A stretch of DNA of 64,000 bases, taken from Candidatus Bathyarchaeota archaeon (lineage in GTDB: Archaea; Thermoproteota; Bathyarchaeia; 40CM-2-53-6). Within the stretch, counting starts at the first letter, position 1. The number at the start of each line of letters is the position of its first letter. The translations under genes and the position numbers were made by a program. The notes under the pieces were generated by a model that saw nothing but the letters and a program-made list of their open reading frames with translations, was not told the DNA's origin and searched no databases. Location of the stretch: contig CAWHWX010000016.1 of the NCBI GenBank assembly GCA_963833125.1, forward strand, positions 160,001-224,000, given 5' to 3'. Below, piece after piece: positions 1-9,816 of the stretch.

Positions 1-61
1 ATACTCGAGCTTCGTTTCGGGTCAATCCATATTCCTGTAGCTCCGCGACAATATCACTCAT
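1..61 (-). CDS. TrmB-family transcriptional regulator, N-terminus (runs off window)
   Basis: Manual translation from ATG at 61 gives MSDIVAELQEYGLTRNEARV, matching the TrmB HTH start (L..yGLt.nEarvY). An AT-rich TATA-like element lies at ~151-158. Confidence 0.7.
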   Translation of the reverse strand, partial: MSDIVAELQEYGLTRNEARV

Positions 62-283
62 CGCCTGGATCTGAACTGCGCTTGATGTACTCGTGGAGGG
101 TTCACCTTATCGATGTGTCTGGTACGCCGGCGACACGGGAATATAAACAGAGGCTACATGTGTTCGAGGCCCTCGACGCTAATGCGCACTCAAGGTGTGG
201 TCCCCGTCTAACAGGGTGTGGCCCACCCTGAATGCCAAATGGTAGTTTCGCTGGGCTATGGGGCTAGAAATTACTGGTGATTG

Positions 284-2296
284 CTATGCGGGTGCGGTTT
301 GTACTCGGGTGTATGTTCTGATGATCCCGTAGGGTTTGAATGCGATGCCGCTTCCTTCGTAGAACTTAAGGAACCATTCTACCCAGTGGAGTCGAAGAGT
401 CTGCATGAAAACGAACGCAGTCTCTAGTATCATGATCAGGATTGTTGTTAGAGCCGCGAACAGTATCCATCCTAAAGCGTCGCCGGCTAGGCTTCCCCAA
501 GCCATGAAGAAGACTAGTACTCCAAGGAACAAGTGGAAGAATACGTCCTCGATGAGTTTCATTGCGAGTATTCGAACGTAGGAGATTGTGTGAGATAGGG
601 ACGCGAGTAACGCTTCAAAAGCGTCCATCAAACCCATCGGCCCTTCAGCCCAGAGCTTTACCACGAGCATCGCTATGAGTGGGACTCCCATTCGCAAGAA
701 TACGTCCATGCCATTGTTCGGGTTGAAGAGGTAGTTGGGGAAGCGCAACCCGTATTGTAGCAAAGTGATACCGAACGCTGCGTAGAACCAGAGCCAAACT
801 AAGGGACCGGACACAAGTTCGCGGTATGCGCGAACGTATAGATCGTCGACTATTTTCAGTACCATACCGGACATTATGTGGATCACGCCGATTGTTATGG
901 ATAGTCTCAGCATTAGTCGTATGTTGCTGAATGGCTCGAACCATAGAGGGCCGGGGAGACCGGTAACCATCCTAAACCATTCTACATTTCCGAATATTGT
1001 TCCATACAAGAATCCAACAACAAGAGAGGAGAAGCCGCTCAAAATCAACAAGGGTGAACCCTGGATTACCAGGCTGAAAACGCCACCCATTCCGCCGTAC
1101 GCGTTATCGGGGATTTTCAGTCCCCTTCTCTTGAAGAAGTAAATGATGCTTGATGCGATTATCACTACAATTCCGTTGCCTACATCACCGAACATAAGGC
1201 CGAAAAAGAGCGGGTAGGTTACTAGCCACAGAATGGTCGGGTCAATCTCATCGCTCTTTGGTACTCCGAAGCCGAGCGTTAGTTTCTCAAACGTGGCTAA
1301 GATGGGGCTCTTTGGATTTTGGAGTTGTGTTGGCGCGTCTTTCGCAGGCCAGTCCTTGATAATTGCTTCGTCTGCGCATATCGATTTGAGGTCATTCCTG
1401 ATCTTCTTTACTCTTGAAGACGGGATCCATCCTTCTATCATGGACGTCGATTCGGTCTTACCGCAGTAGCCCTTTGCCTGTTCCAGGGCTCTTTCCGCGC
1501 CAATGACCTCTCTCTGTATTAGCAGGTATTCTCCATCTTTCCGGCTGATATCAGCAAGGTTTGCGTTCAATTCCTTCAGACGGGTACGCGCAACTTCAAT
1601 CCTACTTGTTGCTTCGTATTGGAGGTTTTTCTTGCGTGAAATTGCTTTCAGCTTCAGGCCTAATGTGTTAGTAATCGTGTCGGCGATGGCTGCGGGATCT
1701 CGTTTCGTTGCCATAATTTTAGCGACGTTGTCTGATATGTCCTTGACGACCGCTTCTTCCATTGCCTTCGCTTCCACAGCGTCCGTCACTTTGAGTTCTG
1801 TCGGTTTCAGCGTCTGGAAGATGGTGGTCACGATCTCTTCCAGTTTGTGTCGGCCTTCGGGGGAATCTACGTTGTCGATTTTCGCTATTTCTTCAATGCT
1901 CAGTTTGAGTTGACGTTCCGCGTAGTTGATGAGCGCCTCGAGGGATTGTGCTTCATTCGCGAGAATGGTTACTTGTTGTTCTAATTCCGATACTTTCTTT
2001 TCGACTTCGGTCAAGTGTTCATCGGAGACACGTCGTTCGACTGGGACTGGTTTCGCACGCGGCTCGTTGAATCGCAGGGCCGTGATGACGGAATTAATCT
2101 TTGATTCCAGGGTCGTTAGACGGTAGAGCCTATCTGAAACGGGAGTAGAGGTAACGCCTCCTCCATATCCTTTGATCATTTCCTTAACGTCAAGGAGCTC
2201 GACGGCATTCTGCTCTCGGAGGTAGAGCATCACGTCTTCGAAATTTCTCTTGGGTACAATTATCTCGACGCGTCTCATCTTAGTTGGTAATAACAA
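284..2296 (-). CDS. atpI: A/V-type ATP synthase subunit I (a)
   Basis: 670 aa with soluble N-terminal coiled domain; motifs EGWIP, EIDPT, FFGLMFGDVG, SYVRILA (essential Arg) and LRLHWVEWFLKFYEGSG. Confidence 0.95.
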   Translation of the reverse strand: MLLPTKMRRVEIIVPKRNFEDVMLYLREQNAVELLDVKEMIKGYGGGVTSTPVSDRLYRLTTLESKINSVITALRFNEPRAKPVPVERRVSDEHLTEVEKKVSELEQQVTILANEAQSLEALINYAERQLKLSIEEIAKIDNVDSPEGRHKLEEIVTTIFQTLKPTELKVTDAVEAKAMEEAVVKDISDNVAKIMATKRDPAAIADTITNTLGLKLKAISRKKNLQYEATSRIEVARTRLKELNANLADISRKDGEYLLIQREVIGAERALEQAKGYCGKTESTSMIEGWIPSSRVKKIRNDLKSICADEAIIKDWPAKDAPTQLQNPKSPILATFEKLTLGFGVPKSDEIDPTILWLVTYPLFFGLMFGDVGNGIVVIIASSIIYFFKRRGLKIPDNAYGGMGGVFSLVIQGSPLLILSGFSSLVVGFLYGTIFGNVEWFRMVTGLPGPLWFEPFSNIRLMLRLSITIGVIHIMSGMVLKIVDDLYVRAYRELVSGPLVWLWFYAAFGITLLQYGLRFPNYLFNPNNGMDVFLRMGVPLIAMLVVKLWAEGPMGLMDAFEALLASLSHTISYVRILAMKLIEDVFFHLFLGVLVFFMAWGSLAGDALGWILFAALTTILIMILETAFVFMQTLRLHWVEWFLKFYEGSGIAFKPYGIIRTYTRVQTAPA

Positions 2297-2329
2297 GAGG
2301 TACTCTTTCCTGACTCTTCTGATGTCTGA

Positions 2330-3487
2330 TTAGGTTTCTGAGTTTTCCCTCTGGCGGACTCGTCGCGGTTTCTGTTTGTCGGTCATCAGCCGTTTAAGTC
2401 TGTCCGTTATAAGGTCGTATACTGCCGGAAGTTCCCAGCCTTCATCGGAGTAGCTGAAGGAATCCACTGGAGTTCGGATTTGAACCGTAACTTCGTAACG
2501 GCCTCTGTCTCTTCCAGCCTTGAATTTCGATTTGATGACAGACCTCGCTTCGAGAATGTCCGGAAAGACTTTGTGTAATTGATTGACGGCTCGTTTGAAC
2601 TTAGTTTTCGTCGCTTCGGCTTCGAACGGATCTTCAGGAAGGCCGACGATGAATACTGGAAAGTCGGGTGCTGGTTCAACTTCGGCGAGGAGTGTCATAA
2701 AGTCTCGTTGAGTAGAAATTGCTTGGAGTTCCTCCCATTGAGTGACTAAAATGCAGGTCCTTTCATTCTTCAAGATCGACTCGAGTGCATGCTCTGCGGT
2801 CGCATCGGGGGGACAGGTTAGCGGGGTCTTGTCCATCGTGTCTCCAGCGCGAAAGTCCAAGCTGCTCTTAGTGTCAGGTATAATGGACTTACTACCAACG
2901 TGTTCGGGTGGCTTCAATCTCGAAACGATGTGAGATGAGGTAAGTAGTCCAACGATCCGTTTGTCATGGATCACCGGCAAGTGATCAATGCGTTTTCTAA
3001 CTAGCAGTTCCCTAGCCTTCCCGACGGGATCATCCTCCTGAATCGTGATTGGGTTCTCCGTTGCCAATGAAGTAATCTTGAGGTCCTCGCCAATTCTCCC
3101 TCTGAGTTCTCGGAGAAGGGCCATGCAGTTCACTTGACCAACGACCTTCCGACCATCCGAGATGGGAGTCGCTCTGATTCTATAGTCTGCCATCAGTCTA
3201 GCAACTTCCTGAACTAGCGCTTCCTTACGGAGAACAGGAATGTATGAAACTAAGGCTGATGGTTTTGTCGCTTCGATGCTTGTTGCTTTAAGGAGTTCCC
3301 TCGCTGAAATCATGCCGCATCGAGTCCCTTCCGGGAGGAAGACTTGGTAGGCTCCTCGATCTTGGAGCAATCCTAAGATTTTAGAAAGTGTGGCATCTGG
3401 GGGAGACTCGACTAGCGGAGTAACTAGATTGTCGATAGATCGTGTTTTGAGTTCGTCGACATATTTCGGTAACGATGTAACGGACAA
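2330..3487 (-). CDS. Tandem CBS-domain protein with C-terminal HPF/RaiA-like domain (probable archaeal ribosome hibernation factor)
   Basis: Four CBS repeats (e.g. RIDHLPVIHDKRIVGLLT) followed by YEVTVQIRTP...EGWELPAVYDLITDRLKRLM, which resembles the HPF/S30AE fold. Confidence 0.75.
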   Translation of the reverse strand: MSVTSLPKYVDELKTRSIDNLVTPLVESPPDATLSKILGLLQDRGAYQVFLPEGTRCGMISARELLKATSIEATKPSALVSYIPVLRKEALVQEVARLMADYRIRATPISDGRKVVGQVNCMALLRELRGRIGEDLKITSLATENPITIQEDDPVGKARELLVRKRIDHLPVIHDKRIVGLLTSSHIVSRLKPPEHVGSKSIIPDTKSSLDFRAGDTMDKTPLTCPPDATAEHALESILKNERTCILVTQWEELQAISTQRDFMTLLAEVEPAPDFPVFIVGLPEDPFEAEATKTKFKRAVNQLHKVFPDILEARSVIKSKFKAGRDRGRYEVTVQIRTPVDSFSYSDEGWELPAVYDLITDRLKRLMTDKQKPRRVRQRENSET

Positions 3488-3501
3488 GAGCTCGAATCAT
3501 C

Positions 3502-4980
3502 CTAAACCTTGAGTTCTTCTCGTTTCCCTACCGCACCGTGCTCTAACAAATAAGTTCCATAGTAGCTCAACGCCCAAAGGGCGCGAGCAGCTCTTTCCGG
3601 CACTGAATAAGCTGGCAGGCCGTGTTTCTCAAACGACATTCTCATCGTCTGCGCCATCTCCGTCGCACCCATGTCGCACGCCATGACAGGTTTCCCATAT
3701 TTCGCTACGGTCTTCGCGATCTTGTCGGGTACGTCATCGAGTATGGTTGGTGCGTGGTGTAGGCTTATTATTATCAGTCCTCCGATTTCCGGATCTTCCA
3801 GAATGGTTGATGCTGCTAAGGCGAACATCTCGCTTGTGGCTTCTGCTGAGAGATCTATAGGGTTGAAACCTGATTGAACTGGGAGGAGTAGCTTCTTAGC
3901 CTTGTACTCGGAGAATTTCGCTATGATGCGGTCGGGGAACCTCTGTACCAGAAGTCCCGACTCCTCTAGGGCATCCGCCACGATTATCCCGGGTCCGCCA
4001 GCATTCGTTATGACGGCCATATTTTTCGTATAGGTCGGTGGTTGTAGAGCTAATGCGCGGCCGAAGTCGAAAAGTTCTTCAACATTTCGGACCCTGATAA
4101 TCCCGGCTTGCTTGAATGCGCCGTCGTAAATCTGATCCATTCCCGCGAGTGCTGCAGTGTGAGAGGCCGTAGCTCTTGTGCCCGCTTCAGTTCTTCCTGC
4201 TTTTAGGGCGACAATCGGTTTTCTCTTTGATGTCTCCTCAGCTCTGAAGAGAAAATCTCTTGCTCTCGCGAGTCCTTCAACATACATTAGAATTGCTTTC
4301 GTTTTTAGGTCATTCTCGAAGTAACCGAGAAGTTCATCTTCGGTCACGTCGCATCTGTTGCCATAACTCACGAATCCTCTTATCCCCATCCCATGTCCGG
4401 CCATGTAATCTAGGGCGGCTGCTCCGAAGGCTCCGCTTTGTGTCAGAAACGAGACCGAACCTGGCCTTGGACGCGGGGTGGCGACGACTTCGCGGCCGTC
4501 GGAGAGGAACTTGTGTTCCGGGAGGAAGAGAGTGTCCATTCCAGTATAGGCGTCATATATTCCGAGGCAGTTCGGGCCTATCACTCGTACACCGTGCTTC
4601 CGCGCTGCTTTCACCAATTCCTCTTCTAGGTCTCTATATCCAACCTCCGCAAACCCGGATGATATTACGATCGCTGCTTTAGCGCCGCATTGTCCTGCTT
4701 CCTCAATTACTGCAGGTATGCCTGGAGCGGGAATCGCAACTACTACGGTTTCCACCTGTTCTGGGATTGCCGAAATAGAAGCGTAGCATTTCTCGCCTAG
4801 AATCTCTTGATGCTTTGGGTTTACTAAACGGACCTGACCCTTGAAAATGCCTCTACTTCGGTTTGTGACCATATTCTCCGCAATTACATACCCTATTCTG
4901 CTTGGGGTTGCGGAAGCGCCGATGATTGCCAAAGATTTTGGTTCAAAAAAAGAATTTAGGCTGCTATCTTCTTCAGATAT
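3502..4980 (-). CDS. acdA: Acetate/acyl-CoA ligase (ADP-forming) alpha subunit
   Basis: Motifs AIIGAS, IGPNCLG, QSGA, SYGN, SHT(A) phospho-His, NAGG and NPIDL. The conserved LNSFFEPKS start extends upstream of the TTG at 4932 to an ATA at 4980, so the start is uncertain. Confidence 0.92.
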   Translation of the reverse strand: MSEEDSSLNSFFEPKSLAIIGASATPSRIGYVIAENMVTNRSRGIFKGQVRLVNPKHQEILGEKCYASISAIPEQVETVVVAIPAPGIPAVIEEAGQCGAKAAIVISSGFAEVGYRDLEEELVKAARKHGVRVIGPNCLGIYDAYTGMDTLFLPEHKFLSDGREVVATPRPRPGSVSFLTQSGAFGAAALDYMAGHGMGIRGFVSYGNRCDVTEDELLGYFENDLKTKAILMYVEGLARARDFLFRAEETSKRKPIVALKAGRTEAGTRATASHTAALAGMDQIYDGAFKQAGIIRVRNVEELFDFGRALALQPPTYTKNMAVITNAGGPGIIVADALEESGLLVQRFPDRIIAKFSEYKAKKLLLPVQSGFNPIDLSAEATSEMFALAASTILEDPEIGGLIIISLHHAPTILDDVPDKIAKTVAKYGKPVMACDMGATEMAQTMRMSFEKHGLPAYSVPERAARALWALSYYGTYLLEHGAVGKREELKV

Positions 4981-6050
4981 TGAGTGTCTCCCCCGCCCTT
5001 ATGCTCTTTCCAGAATTGAGACACTTCGGTGTTGTTTTCAAGATACCGGTTCAATGCTACCTCAGAAACCATCTGTGATAGGCGGGAGATTTGAGCGAGG
5101 TCCCATACTATTCCTCTGAGCACTATGCAGAGCTTCCGGTTTTGTACGGATGAGATAACGAGTTCGGTGAGTTTCTTCTGTTCCTCTTCGATTCTCTTGG
5201 AGCGTTCAATGGTCCGATTTGTTAGCTCTACATCCAACATGCTGAAGGAATTCATTGCATCATTGGAAGTCGCAAGAGTCTCGGCTCCGAACTTAGACAC
5301 TTCGTCTATGATTGACGAATATTCGGTGTACTTCTCCTCAGACATGGTTATTATTTGATTAGCAATTGACTCGCTGCAATCGGCCATTTCCTCTAAGTAT
5401 TTTGATACGGCTCTATAACCGACGGCATGTGTTGCAGATTCGATACCAACATGCCTTGATAGTGGAATCCTAGAGATAGCACGAAAGATCTGGCGTAATA
5501 TCAACCAGTAAAGTCGGTCGGCTTCGTTCTCAAGCTCCAGAACTTCTAACGCGAGAGCGAACTTGCGGTCCGTTAGTGCTTGGAGAGCTGTTTCGAGCAT
5601 TGAGACTGAGACCTTGTGGAGACGCGAGAGGAGGCCGGTGATTGGAAACTTTGATGGGTCCAGAAAGCATTGGATCACCGTTTCTTTCGGAGTCTGTTCG
5701 ACGATGCCTAACCCGCTTAGTCGCCTTGTTGAGTTGCGAATTGCGTTGAGTTGTTCAGGAGTCAGTTCTGTAGTTGAGGAAACAATCGTTGTGTCGCGTC
5801 CTAGTATGTAGTTGCCTGTAATCATTCTTGCGAGAAGTTCGCTGTCTTTGCAAATGTCGGCATTGATCTTGCAAATCGTCATTTCGTCAGATTCGATCTC
5901 GCTACCTGGAGTGACGACCAGTTCTCCGAACTCGGAAAGTCGAAGCGTAACTACGCCGCCTCGCCTGAGCCCAACTTGTCTTACCCAATCCCGGGGGAGT
6001 GAGACCGTTAGGGTTGAGTGCCCAACCCGTTGAACCTTTCTGATTTCCAA
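4956..6050 (-). CDS. AbrB/SpoVT-domain + PhoU-domain transcriptional regulator (archaeal phosphate-uptake-regulator family)
   Basis: N-terminal RKVQRVGHSTLTVSLPRDWV AbrB motif; PhoU repeats (ENEADRLYWLILRQ, LEEMAD). Confidence 0.9.
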   Translation of the reverse strand: MEIRKVQRVGHSTLTVSLPRDWVRQVGLRRGGVVTLRLSEFGELVVTPGSEIESDEMTICKINADICKDSELLARMITGNYILGRDTTIVSSTTELTPEQLNAIRNSTRRLSGLGIVEQTPKETVIQCFLDPSKFPITGLLSRLHKVSVSMLETALQALTDRKFALALEVLELENEADRLYWLILRQIFRAISRIPLSRHVGIESATHAVGYRAVSKYLEEMADCSESIANQIITMSEEKYTEYSSIIDEVSKFGAETLATSNDAMNSFSMLDVELTNRTIERSKRIEEEQKKLTELVISSVQNRKLCIVLRGIVWDLAQISRLSQMVSEVALNRYLENNTEVSQFWKEHKGGGDTQYLKKIAA

Positions 6051-6195
6051 TCTCCTTCACTCAGATAATTGTGCTCACTGCGGACTTGACACTGCTTGAA
6101 GTGGCTCCTGAAGCGCTGTTATATATTCCGCCGTAATTCTATATAGAGATTAGACGCGTAATAAGATGCCATACAATCTTCGGAGAATCGCTCTC

Positions 6196-6603
6196 CTACC
6201 CAGGCCCGCTCGTCCGCACTCTCGCAGTGGCTGAGGGAGCTAGCATACGGACCTTCGTGATGAGGCATTCATCTCCGCCTTCCAAGATTAGAGTCGTACC
6301 ACACTGGGGGCAGGTCATTTGTGGGAGGCTAAAATGGAATGAGAGGTCGTTAGTTTCTAGTTTTTCAGCGTAGCTGCAGTTTGTACACCTAGCATTTCCC
6401 GACGTCTCTTCAACCTCCAAAAGTGATCCTTCGAGCGCCGTACCCTTGGAGAGAATTTCGTACGAGAATTTCAATTGGTCGATCGATAGAACCCTCAGTT
6501 TTCCGACTCTGAGGTGAACCGCTAGGACCCTATTTGCAGACTGCTGTTCGGCGAGTTCGAGAAGAGTATCAACAAGTGAGGTTGCGATTGCAAGCTCATG
6601 CAC
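6196..6603 (-). CDS. hypA: Hydrogenase maturation nickel metallochaperone HypA
   Basis: MHE start, two CxxC motifs (CTNC, CPQC) and GGDE. Confidence 0.95.
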   Translation of the reverse strand: MHELAIATSLVDTLLELAEQQSANRVLAVHLRVGKLRVLSIDQLKFSYEILSKGTALEGSLLEVEETSGNARCTNCSYAEKLETNDLSFHFSLPQMTCPQCGTTLILEGGDECLITKVRMLAPSATARVRTSGPG

Positions 6604-6615
6604 GTGAAGAACCTG

Positions 6616-7323
6616 CTATCCGTTCCTCAACCCGAGCTTCTCAATTACCTCGTTAATCCCGGTCCCGTTCCTGCAGCTCGTGTGGACCGTAGCTGCTTTA
6701 GGATTGAGGCGAGCGACATCGGCGCTAAGCTTGTTCGGGTCGACTCCCATGGCTGCCGCAACATCGATCTTGTTGATCGCAACGACCTTTGCGTCTAGGA
6801 ACATCATCGGATGTTTGACTACCATGTAGGGTCCTTCAGTTACGCTAATGACCACTAATCTCCTGTCTGATCCCAGTGGAAACTCGGCCGGGCAGATGAG
6901 GTTTCCAACGTTCTCAATGAAAATCAAGTCAAGCCTATCCAGGGGGATTTTATCCAACGCCTTTCGTATGAGGTTCGCATCCAGATGGCATTCTTTGCCC
7001 GTGTTGACTTGAACTGTAGGTACTCCCTCTGAGGAGATAATGTCCGAGTCGATCGTGGTTGTGACGTCTCCCTCAATTACTGCAATACGGAGGTTTTTCT
7101 TGAGTTGCGATATCATCAATTTAATCAGAGAAGTCTTACCTGATCCCACGGAGCCCATAACGTCTACTGCGTGAACTCCTTTTGAGTCCAATCTGCTCTT
7201 GTTCTCTTTCGCTATTCGTTCATTTTCTCTGAGTATGTTGACTTCCAGTTCCACGTCGAAAACCTCGCCTTCTGCGGAAGTCACTACTTCGACTGGTTTC
7301 GCCAAGCTAATTCCACACTCCAA
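6616..7323 (-). CDS. hypB: Hydrogenase nickel incorporation GTPase HypB (true start probably TTG ~7305)
   Basis: Motifs GSGKT, EGD, TGKECHLDA, ENVGNLICPA and NKID. Confidence 0.96.
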   Translation of the reverse strand: MECGISLAKPVEVVTSAEGEVFDVELEVNILRENERIAKENKSRLDSKGVHAVDVMGSVGSGKTSLIKLMISQLKKNLRIAVIEGDVTTTIDSDIISSEGVPTVQVNTGKECHLDANLIRKALDKIPLDRLDLIFIENVGNLICPAEFPLGSDRRLVVISVTEGPYMVVKHPMMFLDAKVVAINKIDVAAAMGVDPNKLSADVARLNPKAATVHTSCRNGTGINEVIEKLGLRNG

Positions 7324-7467
7324 CCACTCTGAGGATCTCGGGTTAAGAAAGTGCTTGGCGGATTTCCAATATCAGTAGCCTTCGGGTGAAACATACCGGT
7401 TTCAAGTTTGAGAACCGCATTACAGACATATAGGGCGCAAACAAGATTCCCAACCAGGCGGTCCACC

Positions 7468-7701
7468 TTGTGCCTTACTATCCCTGGAAAGGTCGTGACG
7501 ATAAGTGGGGAATTTGCATCAGTGGATTACGGCCACGATGGAATCAGGAATAACGTCAATATTTCTCTCGTAAAGGCAAGCTTAGGCAGCTATGTCCTAG
7601 TGCAAAGTGGTTTCGCCGTCAAATTGCTCTCCAAGGAAGAAGCGGCGGAAGCCTTGGATTTGTGGAAGATGATTCGGGAGCTTGATTCCGAAGAGTCATA
7701 A
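7468..7701 (+). CDS. hypC: HypC/HybG/HupF family chaperone (His-to-Gln variant)
   Basis: Starts TTG-CLTIPGKVV; has GSYVLVQSGFA in place of GDYVLVHxGFA. Confidence 0.88.
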   Translation: MCLTIPGKVVTISGEFASVDYGHDGIRNNVNISLVKASLGSYVLVQSGFAVKLLSKEEAAEALDLWKMIRELDSEES

Positions 7702-7725
7702 CTGGGTTTGCAGGTGAGATGGAAG

Positions 7726-8493
7726 ATGGTCGATGGTGCAATTCTAGCTGCACGCCACAGTTTTATGCCTAATCGTTTAGGCTACTGTGGTCCAGACGAA
7801 AATGACGTATTATTCGATTCTTGCCTGACCAACCAGCGCAGCGAGCAACTGGTTGATGCCCTCCAAGGTTTCCAAGCGGCGTATCCATACATACGTTTCA
7901 TAGCGGAATCACTTGGTGCGCAGGATCCTCTGGATTACAGGGCGGTGGAGGCATATTGGATTGGCAACGATTTCCTCCAGAAAATTTCGCCCGGAGATTT
8001 CTATGACCACCTGATTGCTAGGTTCAAGTCGAAGTTTCCAAAGGAGCATATCAAGAAATTCTTTGACGCCCAAACCTTCGCTCCGTTTCCTCACCACGCT
8101 CTCCACGTATTCAACGCATTCTCCACAATGGGAACCGCGCCAGATGCGCTCGCGAGCGGTGTCGGTACAGATGAGACGATTGGCGGCTTGATGGACAAGT
8201 GCCGTATCTCTTGGGGGAGGGTTCTCGAAGTGGATGAATGCGGAGATCTGGTTGTCGAATATGAACCTGTACAGCGACTAGAGGGAAAGCTGAGTTTGGG
8301 AAAGTTGATTCCCACTAAAGTTCTCGCGCAGGTTCAAGGGAAGAGTTTCGTCGGTGCAGTGAAAAAGGAAGACTGGGTTTCATTCCATTGGGGATTCGCA
8401 TGCACCATCCTAACGCCAACTCAGGTCGCGAACCTCAGGAAGTACACTCTATCCGATATGGCCATGGCAAACGCGGTACCGGTCCCACCTTAG
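7726..8493 (+). CDS. DUF6390-like protein with C-terminal HypC-like segment
   Basis: Motifs PNRLGYCGP, AYPY, VEAYWIGN, PHHALHV, CRISWG and WVSFHWGFAC, recognised from the HypC-associated DUF6390 family. AGGTGA SD precedes ATG 7726. Confidence 0.75.
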   Translation: MVDGAILAARHSFMPNRLGYCGPDENDVLFDSCLTNQRSEQLVDALQGFQAAYPYIRFIAESLGAQDPLDYRAVEAYWIGNDFLQKISPGDFYDHLIARFKSKFPKEHIKKFFDAQTFAPFPHHALHVFNAFSTMGTAPDALASGVGTDETIGGLMDKCRISWGRVLEVDECGDLVVEYEPVQRLEGKLSLGKLIPTKVLAQVQGKSFVGAVKKEDWVSFHWGFACTILTPTQVANLRKYTLSDMAMANAVPVPP

Positions 8494-8511
8494 GCTTGAG
8501 AAGTTCAAGCG

Positions 8512-9729
8512 ATGCATCTTCGCAATCGGTGGACAATGGCGGTTCTGACAAGTGCAGGCATATTCGTGACGTTTGTTTTACGCGTGAACCTGTCGCCTGT
8601 AGCTCCAATCATTCAGCAGGATCTTCATTTATCTGACTTCGAACTTGGGCTAGTATTATCCGCTTTTCTGTGGGTTTACACCATTCTTCAGCCAGTAGCA
8701 GGACTCTTAACGGATCGGTTTGGAGCTAGGATGAGCCTATTCGTTGGGGGGCTAGCTACCTCTCTACTAACCATACTGACCGGGTTCACCAATTCGTTCG
8801 TATCTCTCTTTGCGGTTCGGACGTTGATTGGTGTCAGCCAAGCGCCGAATTTCGTATCCGGAGCAAAAGTTACTGCATCGGGATGGTACCGGGAAGAGGA
8901 GCGGGCGCGCGCAACTTCGATCTGGATTGCCGGTGGACGCCTTGGTCCTGTGTTGGCGTTCCCTCTCGCTGCTTGGCTTGGATTAAGCTACGGTTGGCCA
9001 TGGGTATTCTTCGCGACGGGACTGATGGGAATACTGTGGTGTGTCGTGTGGTACGTAGGATTCGAGGACAACCCAAAGCTCCAACTAAAAAGGGTCAAGA
9101 ATAGCCGCTCTAACATTCGCGCAAGTCTCCCGATCGTGATCAGCCCATTAGGTCTCGGACTAGCCCTGGCGAGTTTCGGCCAAGGCTACGTCGCCTACTA
9201 CTTCAATCTCTGGTTGCCGACCTACTTGGTGAGAGAACAGAAGTTCACGATCCTGAACGCAGGCGTCTTCGCAACGCTCCCTTTAATCGCGGCAGTCGTG
9301 ACAGTTCTATTTGTTGGCGGATTCATGTCTGACTACCTCGTCAAAATGGGTGCTTCCCCGCTAGGCTTGCGTCGAAAATTGTTCACACTCGGGATGGTCG
9401 CTACTGCGTTTCTAATGTTTGCGACCGCCTATGCTCCAGACCCATACTCCGCTCTTGTTTTACTGAGTATGGCGGGGGCATCGCTGGGTTTCTCAACACC
9501 GTCCTTGTGGGTGGCTCTTGTCGAAGCAACCCCCAAGTCTATTGCTGGTACAATGGGGGGCGTGCAGAATTTCGGGGGTAACGTTGCTGGGATAGTCGTT
9601 TCGGTATTGACCGGATATATCTTGCAGATCTCCCACAGCTTTTTCCTCGCGCTTGTTGCAGGGAGTTTAGCCGCGTTGCTGGGGGCTCTCTCTGCGGCTC
9701 TTCTGATCAAACCCTTGAAGGCGGAATGA
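8512..9729 (+). CDS. MFS transporter (anion:cation symporter / D-galactonate-like)
   Basis: About 12 hydrophobic segments; motifs R.NLS, GLLTDRFGAR, ERARA and WLPTYL. Confidence 0.9.
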   Translation: MHLRNRWTMAVLTSAGIFVTFVLRVNLSPVAPIIQQDLHLSDFELGLVLSAFLWVYTILQPVAGLLTDRFGARMSLFVGGLATSLLTILTGFTNSFVSLFAVRTLIGVSQAPNFVSGAKVTASGWYREEERARATSIWIAGGRLGPVLAFPLAAWLGLSYGWPWVFFATGLMGILWCVVWYVGFEDNPKLQLKRVKNSRSNIRASLPIVISPLGLGLALASFGQGYVAYYFNLWLPTYLVREQKFTILNAGVFATLPLIAAVVTVLFVGGFMSDYLVKMGASPLGLRRKLFTLGMVATAFLMFATAYAPDPYSALVLLSMAGASLGFSTPSLWVALVEATPKSIAGTMGGVQNFGGNVAGIVVSVLTGYILQISHSFFLALVAGSLAALLGALSAALLIKPLKAE

Positions 9730-9816
9730 GCGCGCAAAAGGGTAGGTCAGTATTGTATGTAGAATACCAACAGAACTTCTAAGGGTAATTACTAGCCTCC
9801 TTCCCGCGGCGAGATT

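Noticed and set aside
212-230. Hairpin CAGGGTG-TGGCC-CACCCTG downstream of atpI
   Set aside because: A single 7-bp stem without a T-tract or other motifs; insufficient to call a terminator or ncRNA.
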